A stretch of 64,000 nucleotides of DNA from Hypanus sabinus (taxonomy: Eukaryota): assembly GCF_030144855.1 (NCBI RefSeq), contig NC_082722.1, forward strand, positions 27,528,001 to 27,592,000. The letters run 5' to 3'. This document shows, piece by piece, positions 1-10,299 of the stretch. Position 1 is the stretch's first letter. The number at the start of each line of letters is the position of its first letter. Both the position numbers and the translations under genes were made by a program. The notes beneath the pieces are model-generated. The model saw only the letters and a list, made by a program, of their open reading frames with translations. It was not told the origin of the DNA and searched no databases.

Positions 1-541
1 CAACACAGAGAATTTTAAAAAGGTTCCCCAAGGAACCAGGAAAGCTGAAAAGTTAGGTATTACTATAGACTGGAGTAACCCTGTTAAAAATAATGACTAA
101 TTTACTGCATTTTTTTTAAAGTTTTAATGTTAATGGGCTTAATGGACCGGTGACAAGAAAAAGAATTTTAACATACATTTAGTAAATGAAAATTACTTTT
201 AGCTGCATTCCATTTGAAAAAAATACTTATCATTTAAGATATAGATACGAAATATTACTGAAAATTTGGCACCCTTATTTACAAAAGATAGGATTAAATA
301 CATAGGTGCTCCAAAGATAAAATTATTGGTTATTTGGGGAAAGAAATAAATATATATACTAAAGCTATTATGAACTCCATGGAGCATGCGGGGATCTTCC
401 GATATCCAGGCATTCTTTCTTTCTTTCCTCTTTCTGCAGGGATATATTGAGGGGGGAGGGGTTAAGGGGAGGGGGTTAAGGTTGATATTTTTTTCCTTCT
501 GAAACCATTTGAAAATTCAATAAAAAAATTTGTTAAAAAAA
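1..541 (+). mobile_element. 3' part of an internally deleted L1-clade LINE (start of ORF2 endonuclease joined to the ORF2 C-terminus, 3' UTR, A-rich tail); runs off the left edge
   Basis: Co-linear with 31520-32190. FNVNGLNGPVTRKRILTYI-like APE start at about 120-190 is followed directly by C-terminal ...YEILLKIWHPYLQKIGLNT*, then a G-rich tract, AATAAA and an A tail at 519-541. Confidence 0.85.
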
Positions 542-805
542 GTAAGTATTTGTTGGTAACAGTTGTGCTACTATACTCTGTTCTGCATTAACCTGGTGCT
601 ATGCTCAAAAGGCTTTGACTTTCAATGAGGCTCTAAACTGGTAATAGCATAACTGCAGCAGTACCGTATTTAAGTATGGCAAACAGGATAGAAATTAAAA
701 CCAATGAGACGTACATAAATTGGTAAATGTCCTTTACACAATCAGAGGGAGTTTAGATCTATGCCAAATCATTTACGTTTCAAAATAAGGATCTGCCATT
801 GTATT

Positions 806-981
806 TTAAAAAAAAGACATTTGAAGAATTTCAAAGGGATGTATCAGATATGAAACAATTCCAGCTAACTGGAGATATACTTGAACTTCAACATCAAGCG
901 TGTATTGTGCCAAAATATTATCACTGAAATCCGGCTTCAAAAATCGCGATCCATGTCCAAACATTCTGTAAATGTCATTTA
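806..981 (-). CDS. Candidate cytoplasmic exon of the VJ-C1 receptor gene (VNDIYRMF...QMSFF*)
   Basis: AG acceptor at 983-982 after a 79-nt intron from the TM donor, phase 1, open for 58 codons. The same frame is open in the paralog (51366-51638) with three Tyr kept. The pyrimidine tract is weak and the acceptor is absent in the paralog. Confidence 0.3.
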
Positions 982-1060
982 CTGATTTTAAGTTAAATCT
1001 CATTAACACTTCTATTTTGTACGAATAGAGGCAATATTTATCAGCGATCAGTGTTCTTAC

Positions 1061-1165
1061 CTTGTGATCTCTTTAACTTGAGTATCAGCAAAACAATTAT
1101 AACAATTAAAATTAAATTTGCTGATGCGCCCTCTGCACATGCGAGAATCAATCTGGTATCAGCGC
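1061..1165 (-). CDS. Exon 4 (transmembrane) of the VJ-C1 IgSF receptor: (G)ADTRLILACAEGASANLILIVIIVLLILKLKRSQ
   Basis: Acceptor tttctttttcaag, donor G|gtaaga, 105 nt, phase 1-1 matching the C1 exon; hydrophobic run followed by a basic stop-transfer KLKR. Homologous exon at 51696-51794. Confidence 0.85.
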
Positions 1166-1966
1166 CTTGAAAAAGAAACCGTAAAGCATTTATACATCCA
1201 AAACAAATCCACACGAGAAGCTTGAACGCAAACGATTATATAGGGTCCTTACAAATCTCACTACACACTGATAGGAAAATGACAGAATATACAGTATAGA
1301 ACAAAAAAATCTGGGTTTTAGTTTCTCCAGATACATACGAGCTATTTACTAAGACTAAGAATAAGCTCGGCTACTTTTTCCTATACTTCGCTTGACAATA
1401 AGTATCAGCACAACAACTGAACGTGTAATCATCCAACCTAATACAATTCTGAGCTCGATTTAATCTTTTATTTCACTTATGTCAAGGACATTCTTTAGTA
1501 CAATCAAAATCCTATAGACAACTTGTAGACATGCCAAAGGAGTCCCGGTGCCGCAACATTTCACTTTTGCATTACATGCTGAAATTACTCACTATATTCA
1601 TGACTTTATAGCACTGAAACTTCTAAGCCTCCTGAATGTGTATCAAACATATGAAATGTGTTTTCCCACTGTTGAGTTTTCCACAGCTATACGAGTGACA
1701 AACCCGAATTAATGGAAAACTGCATAATGAAAGCATAGATAAACACAAGTCATGCATTTGAACTGCATTGCCCACTATTACTGGAAGGTAATTACACAGA
1801 GACTGAATTTTGTCAAAGTCTGTTCACAGTTTCACACCCTATGCATTTGTTCCACGTGGCAATAATGTGTCATGCCTCAGTGTTCAGGAATTCCTAGCAT
1901 GATGCTGATTTTGCCCCATGTCCACATTTTTTCCGGTAGAAATATGTTAATTAAATACACCTTCAC

Positions 1967-2061
1967 TCACCAGCAGATGGCTTCACCCTTCGTTATATCA
2001 CTATGCGATTTAGAGCTTAAGTTTTGCTTTGCCTCATCTTTAACAAATGTCCAGAAGTTTG
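1967..2061 (-). other. Possible alternative cassette/terminal exon between C1 and TM (ANFWTFVKDEAKQNLSSKSHSDITKGEAICW*)
   Basis: Phase-1 AG at 2063-2062 and a strong donor CTG|GTGAGT at 1970, both kept at identical spacing in the paralog (52585-52679). No transcript evidence. Confidence 0.3.
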
Positions 2062-2418
2062 CTACCTTACACGTACTACACAAAATCAATTTCCCAATTC
2101 ATCCTACATTATTTAAACTGAGAGTATAAGACATTTGTTTTTATACACCATTCACATTGAATGTTCACTGCAATCAGGTAATCTGAAAATTTCACCCTTC
2201 TTCCATGTTTGGCTAACTGTTCTGTGATTGCACTTAACCAGATTTGATCGACACACCTATGGCACTTGGAAACATTTCCACCTTGTCCAGAGCACTAGAA
2301 ATTTTGAACCAGTCGGATATTCGGAGTAACACAAAATGCAGCAGATCGGGAGAGGAATAAAATAACGACATTTTGGTCCGAGACTTTACATCTGGACGCA
2401 ATCAAGACACCATCTTAC

Positions 2419-2712
2419 CTTGCTCCAGGATGTTGCTGAAACTGACAGGCACCGTGAGGGAGACATGTGACACCAGGCAGGTGTAAACGTCTTTTCCCGA
2501 AGCAGGCTGATTAATTTCCAATGAACTGCAAGCCTTGTGTAAACGCTCCGCGGTCTGGTTTATCACAGTTTCAATTCCAGTGCGAATTTGCTGGTTATTT
2601 TTTTGCCAGACGAATTCAAATTCCTTTGGGTAGAAGGCAGCTGTTTTACAGAGGAGCTGCCGAGGAGACGAAAACACTCTAATAGGAACGATTTCCAATG
2701 GAGTTGGGGGAA
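2419..2712 (-). CDS. Exon 3 (C1-set Ig domain) of the VJ-C1 IgSF receptor
   Basis: LLCKTAAFYPKEFEFVW and YTCLVSHVSL match C1-set motifs (C-x4-F-Y-P-x2-I-x-V-x-W; Y-x-C-x-V-x-H). Acceptor tttttattcaag, donor G|gtaaga, 294 nt, phase 1-1. Confidence 0.93.
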
Positions 2713-3964
2713 CTTGAATAAAAAGATCGTTATATTGGGTATTTACCATTCATTAAGTTAAAGTAAACTCCCTTATCTCCCTGCTAATTACAATGACATC
2801 TCACTATCAAATTAGTTACCCGGCATAGGTTACAAGTATTTTATAAATTATTTTAAGTTTAAGTTCAAGTTCATAATTATTAAACCAGAGAGGTGTACAT
2901 GGCTAAATGAAACATCATTCTTCTGGGGTCAATTGCAAAATACAGTCCATGCATTCCCACACAACACGTGCAGTCACCAACAACCACATAGAGTGCAAAA
3001 TAAACAAAGTAAAATTGAGTCACAGTGCAGAAACAGATGTAAGGAATAATTCAAAGAAGTCAACGAGAAGGTGAATCTAAAGGGTGCAATGTGAGGAAGA
3101 CATTCTGTTTTGAATGGTATTTCAGCTTTATCACTCAATTATGTTTGCTGCAGCCCGTTGTCTTTGGAAACAGTTCCTTTCTGTATTTTTTCATTTCCAA
3201 TCCAAACTGAACTATAAAACCCAAAATATGACAGATTTTCACAGTCCAAACTCAATAAGCACTTGCACATGTTTATAATAATCTGGCAACTCATTTGTTC
3301 AGGTAGTTCTTCAGAGCTTGCGTTGGAGCTTTCCAGTCATCAACATTCACTGATCGAGCTTTCCAAAGAATGTAAATTATTGCTGGAAAACTTTTTCCGT
3401 ATTTAATGTGTTGAATGTGGCAAATCGTAGCCTCCGTGAAGCATCTAGGAAAGCAAATGCGAAGCTGATATTAAGCACATTTATTCTACGTTTCTATTCT
3501 TTCATAAACATGTCTAACTGCAGCAAAATGGTCGACAGTGACCTGGCACTGCTATACGAACGCTGATGTCCTGCAGAGAGGCAACCCGGGAGCTGAACGA
3601 TCTCCGTTTCCCCCTGCAGAGATTTCACTCAAAGGAGAACCCAAAATTCACGATTTTGCAAACGTGGACTGCCTCCGCTGCAACTATGCTCCGTATCTAA
3701 CTTAGGAAACTCTATTGTCAGATTGTTTTATCAATGTGCCACAACATTTAGCATTTCGCTCTGCCTATAATGGCCATCCTGAGCTCAGTTGCCCGCACAG
3801 CACTGCCATGGACCATGTACGGATGACAGCTGTTTACGTGCTTGTTGCTGTAAGGCAAATTTGTTTGTATAGGTCCCCAGGGCCCAATACGGAGTCACGT
3901 GCAACCTTTTTGGGAGGGTTCTGTAGAACTTTAAGGTGCCCTGATAGAGGCATTCAAAACGTCC

Positions 3965-4190
3965 TGACACACTGGTGAGGTGCCGGAGGACTGGATATGA
4001 CTAATGTTTTGTAGTTGTTCAAAAAAAGCTCTAAGAATACACCAGAGGTTTTTAGGCTGGTAAGCCTGATGCGTGAAAAGCCTAACTTACTCGAAATACA
4101 CATGACAGGTGAGAGCTGGGGAATGCCCGACTGTTTGGAATGAACTTAGCAGATTTAGTGCGTGCTAAGAGTAACTTTATTTCTTCTTCA
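3965..4190 (+). mobile_element. Old decayed CR1 LINE fragment in the V-C1 intron
   Basis: Degenerate EVPEDW..ANV..LFKK..K...YRLVSL-like sequence; shared with the paralog at about 55160-55330, so it predates the duplication. Confidence 0.5.
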
Positions 4191-4694
4191 AACTGGCGAT
4201 ATTTGTCCCTACCTCTGCCCTTGTAGGTCCATTTTGTATTAACAGAAAATGAGACAGTGAATCTGCATATCTATGCTTGTTTCAATGGGATCAGCATTGT
4301 GGAGCAGCACACTGATCAAGCTGTGTTTCTCTCTGTGGAGGTTTTAAGCAGACGTCTCGGAATTGATATTAATGAAGTGGCTTTGTTTGCCTTTCCTGAT
4401 GTTTATTAATTACTTATAAATATTTGTAGCTGTGCACTTCAGCAACTGTAGAATCGAAATCGGCATAATACGTTGAGATACAGTAGTATAGAAGCAGGCT
4501 GATGAACGGGAGGATATCGTTTAACCTCGACAACATTTCGTTTTAAGTAGGATGACTTGCGATTTACCCTTCAACTGAATTTGTCTACTGCTCCATATCT
4601 CTCATTACCTACCTGAATCAAATTCTTCATCTAAAAATGAGGTGGTTCCATTCATCCGCTGTTTAAAGCTTTTGATCGTTTAAAGTTGATAGTC

Positions 4695-6111
4695 AGCAAA
4701 TGTCACACCACTTTTTAAAAAAGGATTTAGGAAAAAGACGGGCAAATATAGGCCAGTTAGCTCAACATCTGTAGTTGGGGAAATGCTTGAAGCTGTCACT
4801 AAGGGAGAAATAGTGAAACGTTTAAAAGGAATGGTTCCATTAGATAGACGCAGCATGGATTCAGAAAGGGCAGGTCCTATTTGACAAGCTTACTGGAGTT
4901 CTTTGAGGACATAATGAATGTAGTCGATGGAAGGGAACAGGTGGTTGTCATATGCTTGGATTTCCAGGAGGCCCTCGATAAGGTGCCACATAAGAGAATA
5001 AAAAATTAGATATGGATGCATTAAGTCGAACGAAGTGCATTGTCATGGACAGTGGAATGGTTATGCAACAAAAGGCAGAATGTTGGCATAAATGGGCGTT
5101 TCTCCATGTGGCTGTCAGTGTTGAGTGGGATGACGCAGGGGTCAGTGCTGGGCCCAGAGCTGTTTACCATTCACATTGATGATTTGAAAGAGGGAAATGA
5201 GTGTAGCGTAGCCAAGTTTGCCGTTGACACTAAACAGAATGGAAAGCAAGTTGTATGGAGGATGTGGGCAGTCTGCAGAGGGATATAGATAAAGTGAATG
5301 GGACAAGATCTGGCAGATGGAATATAATGTTGGTAAATGCCAGATCATACACTTTGGAAGGAATAATAGAAGAGCAGATTATATTTAAATGCTGCAAAAT
5401 TGCAGCATGATGTTTTGCAGAGGGACTTGATAGTGCTTGGGCAGGAATCGCAAAGATTTGGCTTGCAGGTGCAACAGGTTTATGAAGGCGGCAAATTCAA
5501 TCTTTGCTTTCATTGCTGCAGGGATTGCATTCAGGAGCTGGCAGGTCATGCTGCAACTGTACAGGGTTCTGGTGACTGCACCTGGAGTACTGTATGCATT
5601 TCTGGTCACCATACTTGAGGATATATTGGCTTTGGATGCAGTGCAGAGGAGGTTCACGAGGTCGATTCCACAGATGAAGAGGAGAGGGACTATACTCTCT
5701 GGAATTCAGAAGAATGAGCGGGGATCTTAAAAACATACAAAACATGAAAGGGATAGTTAAGATAGATGTAGGAAATTTGTTTCCATTGGTAGGTGAGACT
5801 AGAACTAGGGGACATTGCCTCAAGGATCAGGAGAGAAAATTTAGGACGGAGATGAGGAGAAACTGTTTTTCACAGAGAGCGGTGAATCTGTGGAATTCTC
5901 TGCCCAGGGAAGCAGTTTAGTCTTCTTCACTAAATATATTTAGGATACAATTAGATAATTTTTTACATAGTAGGGGAATTGATGGTAATGGGGAAAAAGG
6001 CAGGCAGATGGAGCTGAGTTTGTGGGCAGATTAACCATGACGATACTGAATGGCGGGTCAGGCTCAACGGGCCGCATGGCCTACTCCTGCTCATATTTCT
6101 TATGTTCTTAT
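4695..6111 (+). mobile_element. 5'-truncated CR1-clade LINE (RT fragments with stops/frameshifts plus 3' UTR)
   Basis: NVTPLFKKG, QGSVLGPELFTIHIDDL, KFAVDTK, VQRRFTR and NLWNSLP motifs; 3' end ...ggcctactcctgctcatatttcttatgttcttat. Confidence 0.9.
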
Positions 6112-6414
6112 AGGCTGGCTGAGGAATATGCCAAGGCAGGAAGAGGGTGAGGCACTGTGTAGGAATATAGGCATAAATATGGTTGGAACTATCAACGGAC
6201 CAAGTAATAAGCGGAGCAAAAGCCAATCTGCAGAATCGCATCAAAATAATAAACATAACAATCTGAAAAATATTTCAAAATATTTTGGAAAAAAAGCTGG
6301 AAAATCACATTAATGGCACAAATTTTCAAACAGCAATAACATTTCCGCAATCTTGGCTTTTCTTCAAATGCAAAGAGCTGAAAGTTTTCCACTTACAGGA
6401 ATAAAGACACTTAC

Positions 6415-6720
6415 CTAACACAACAAGCTGAGAGCCACTTCCATATCCCAATATTTGTTGTTTAGTTTTCACTTGACAGTAATACACGCCGACGTCTGCG
6501 TATCTCACATTCAGGAGGGTAAATGTAGCCCTGCCTTTCTTTACATTGAACTGATTTCTGCTGCCTGGTTCTAGAAATGCTTCCTGACCCTCCTTCCGCC
6601 ACGAAACTTCAGCAGTATCTTGTAGTATTGGAAATTTGCAGAACATGGATACATTTCCACCGATTGAGACTTTTAAGGTTGGAGGTAATTGTTCCACTCT
6701 GGCCGAAGTTCCTTTTGAGG
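6415..6720 (-). CDS. Exon 2 (V domain with germline-joined J-like segment) of a non-rearranging VJ-C1 IgSF receptor
   Basis: ARVEQLPPTLKVSIGGNVSMFC...VSW...ADVGVYYC...GYGSGSQLVVL: both Cys, the Trp, D-x-G-x-Y-Y-C and a G-x-G-x-x-L-x-V J motif lie in one exon. Acceptor ttttgtcag, donor G|gtaagt, 306 nt, phase 1-1. Confidence 0.95.
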
Positions 6721-6906
6721 CTGACAAAACGTAAGTGAAAATGATGAAAACAGTTGCATTCACTGCACAGCGAATGAACAGACTGAATAGGCAGAACACT
6801 GGTATGCAAATTGGATGTTTACTATGGCTAAATTTGCTGCAGGTAAATGATGTACAATATTATAAAATATCTGTTTCATAGATTGAGCACAAACATTTAC
6901 GCGTAC

Positions 6907-6961
6907 CTGGCCAAAACGCGGCGAGCAGAGCCAAGAACCAAATGGTTGCATCCACCGACAT
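6907..6961 (-). CDS. Exon 1 (signal peptide) MSVDATIWFLALLAAFWP(A)
   Basis: ATG at 6961, hydrophobic core, CAG|gtacgc donor in phase 1 giving an in-frame join to the V exon across a 186-nt intron. Confidence 0.85.
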
Positions 6962-7022
6962 TGCAAATGAGAGTAGTCTGTCTGAAAGTTAGAAATTCAT
7001 AAGCTGTAATAATCAAGTGCAC

Positions 7023-7028
7023 TTTATA
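7023..7028 (-). promoter_or_regulatory. Putative TATA box of the VJ-C1 gene
   Basis: TATAAA on the minus strand about 62 nt upstream of the ATG; motif and position only. Confidence 0.4.
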
Positions 7029-7099
7029 TGAAGTCAATAGTCAAGTCTACGTCCATGCCTTGGGTAGAAGAAATGCTGTAGTTACAGAAAATCCTGTGG

Positions 7100-7510
7100 A
7101 ATACTCACAACGAGAGAGTGGAGCTCAGCATCAATGATGAAAAATAAGCAGTCGCTGTTTCGGGGTAAGATACTTCTTCAGGACTGGAAATGAAGGGGGA
7201 AGAAGTCACAATAAGGAGATAGGGGAGGGGCAGGCATATAAACTGGCAGGTGATAAGTGGAGGGATGGGGACTTAAAGAGATGGCACGATAGGTGGATTT
7301 ATATTCCATTTCGATAGGTGCCAAACTGCTGATCTGAACATAGAATTCTGTAACTTTCAGTAAATACTCCCGTATACCTTTCATCATTTTCTATTTCCCA
7401 TAGCAGCATCCCATTTTATCCCTTCTCTTCTCCTCACCTCGCTTATCTGCTGCTCCTCGTTCACTTTCTCAAATGGCCCAATGTCTTCTCCAGTCATTCC
7501 TTCTCATTTA
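7100..7510. mobile_element. Decayed Penelope-like-element 3'-end sequence
   Basis: Resembles the purine-rich repeat ends at 13440-13610, 46840-47340 and 56140-56506. Confidence 0.4.
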
Positions 7511-8294
7511 GTCCTTTACCACTTGAAGTTAATAACTCATTAAGGATGATTGATAAGTTCATGGCCGAAGGTAGAAGGAGATGAGTTATTAACTTCAAAC
7601 TTTCTGCATGATCACTCAGTTGACCTGCAGGTGCATGTAATGAGAGCTGTATAATTTATCTCCTCCTATCTTAGGCCACAAAGTTATCAATCTACCATCT
7701 GTGGGCACTTTCTGGAGGTCCATGATCCATATGCCCCACGACCGCTGCACTAAGTGTTCAAATTTAGGAGGGGACTATGTTGAAAAATAAATGTGCTAAT
7801 TTTTCTAAAATTGACTCCTTCTAATTTAAGCCACGAACTTATCCATCACCCCTCACACAGCACTGGAGAATATCTTTTGACCAATGATGCAAATTGACCA
7901 TCTTTTGACCATCGATCATAATGGAAATTGAACTCTTATCATACCGGACGTAGTCTACATCCTTCCTTTTTGCCTGTTCGTGGGCATGTTTGAATGTCTT
8001 TTAACTCTTGTGATCAAATCACTCTTGTAGCACTGTCAAGTCGTCTACTGCTCTCTACGTAATATACCTGCTTCGCAACCTCATTTAAATTTTCCCTCAT
8101 ATTTCAAGCAATGTGCTCTGTTAACTGCCACTAAAATGCATGAGTGGTATCAGTAAAGAGAATGGCAATTCTAACAGGATTAGAGAATCCCGGTTCACGA
8201 GGACATCAAGACTGTTTTAGAGAAAGGAGACCTGCATCATCTATAGGGAACCGGTTCAAGCAAATCCTGACAGAAATATCAGATGTATTTCAGT

Positions 8295-9092
8295 AGACCT
8301 GACGGGAATCATGAGAGCACAAAGATAGCATGATACACCTTCTGAATAGAAAACAAAGGGAAATGAGAAAATAGCGTCCGAGAGATCCCGATAACCGAGC
8401 TGTAAATTATTATTTCCCATCACTGTGAGAACCCAGAGGAGAAATTGTGTAAGGTCTATTGCAAAGATATCAGCATCGTCTTCAACGGAGATTGCATTAC
8501 CTTAGCATTGGAGAGTGGCATATATGCATTTACTTAAGAAGATCTGCAAGGGCAAGAGGAGAGCTGAAGTTGGCGAGCCCAGCATTGGTGTGTGGAAACA
8601 TACTGGATTGGAGACCTGACGGGAATTATGAGAGCACAAAGGTAACATGATACAACATCTGAATGGAAAACAAAAGTAAATGAGGAAATAGCGACCGAGA
8701 AATTGCGATGACCGAGCTGTAAATTATTTCCCATCATTATTTTCCCATGAAAATCATGGAAACTAAGGGAATAAAGGGAATTAGCATTTTTTTAAAAAAC
8801 AGATCTACATGAGAAAAATGAAGGCGTCGGGTGAACGGGGTGTTTACGGTTTAAGAACTCAGCCTGTTTGATGAACTTACGGCACCTAATCAAATGTATC
8901 TTTTGACATTGTGTGAAGCCAGAGGGGAAATTGTAAGGTCTATTGCAAAGATATCAGCATCATCTTTATTGGACGTTGTGCTACCATAGCACCGGAGAGT
9001 GGCAAATGTGCATTTACTTAATAAGATCTGCAAGGGCAAGAGGAGAGGTGAAGGTGGTGAGCCCAGCATTGGTGCGTGGAAACATTCTGGAG
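8295..9092. repeat. Diverged tandem duplication, period about 317 bp, with about 175 extra bp in copy 2
   Basis: agacctgacgggaat...gagagcacaaag starts at 8295 and 8612; both copies end ...gagcccagcattggtg(t/c)gtggaaaca. Confidence 0.85.
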
Positions 9093-9099
9093 TGAATTG

Positions 9100-10290
9100 G
9101 AGGGAAAGAATCTGTCACAATTTGAAAAGAAAAAGGTTGAAAAAGAGCCGCTCAGCATGGATTTGTCATTTGGGATCGTAAATTTGATTGAGTTGCTTTG
9201 ATGAAGTGATGAAGAAAATTGCAGAGTGCAGCAATTGGACTATAACTTCATTAACTTTTGCAAGGTCCCGTATTGCAGGCTTACACAGAAAACGCGATGA
9301 CATGGGAACCAGTGTGAGACAGCCACCTGAGCACAAGAATACAAAATTGGTTTAGTAGAGGGACTCAAACGGTGATAAAGGAAAACTGATATCAAGAATG
9401 ACCACCTGCAACTAGTGTTGTACTATCAGTAGGTTCCATTTCCAGTATTGTTTGCCATCTCCGAAATATTCAGATTAACTTCACTAATATCTTTCGGAAT
9501 GCAATGGAATTGGTGGTATATTTGACAGTGAAAGATACCTACGATGCTAAACTGCGAAAGCAGGACAAGAAATTGCAGACAGAATATTACTCGGACATTT
9601 GCGAAGTGTTGCATTTTGGTTAGTTAAACCAGGGCAGGAATTTCACAGGAGATTGCTCAGGGCATTGAAGTAAAACAAACTGATTGAGGGTGCATGCAGA
9701 CTGATGTTTGAACCTGACAAAAGAGGTGGACAGAATGGTGCACAAGGTTTTTCTCACATTTATTCACAGTTTTGGCACTAAGTACAACATCGGCACCGTC
9801 ATGTTCAACTATACAGGTCGTTGATGAAGCATACTCAGAGTATTCTGTGCATTTCTGATCAGCCAGCTACAGTAAAGGCCCGACGAAGCTTGAAATAGTC
9901 CAGAAAACATTCACAAATACATTTGCGGGACAGCATGATTTTAGTTGCAGGGAATGTCTGGGGTTACTCTTCCCTAGAGCACAGGAGTTTGAGTGGTGAC
10001 CTTATATATTTAGGGGCGTAAGCAGGGGTATGGTTATATTATTTTACCCAGAATAGCTGAATTTAAAATGAGAATGCATTGATTCAAGATGACAGAGAAA
10101 ACATTTGAAAAGATCTAGGGCAAGTTTTCCAAAGCAAGGGAGCTTGGTAAATGGAAGAGAGTACGGGATGAATCTGTAGAAGTGGGTACGATTGCAATGT
10201 GTTAGAAACATTTGAATTGGTACACAGATAGAAAATGTTTACTGTGGCAAGATGCAAACGCATGAAAACGGGTCTAGCTGGGATAGGTTT
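9100..10290 (+). mobile_element. Very old CR1-like remnant shared with 38500-40430
   Basis: Degenerate RT-like and 3'-end-like sequence; aligns by eye with 38500-39110 and 39960-40430. Confidence 0.5.
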
Positions 10291-10299
10291 CTCATCTAG

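Noticed and set aside
3021-3060. CACAGTG heptamer in the V-C1 intron as a possible RSS (others at about 43704 and 49094)
   Set aside because: No ACAAAAACC-like nonamer at 12 or 23 bp, no adjacent coding segment, not conserved in the paralog; the 49094 copy is inside a CR1 3' UTR.
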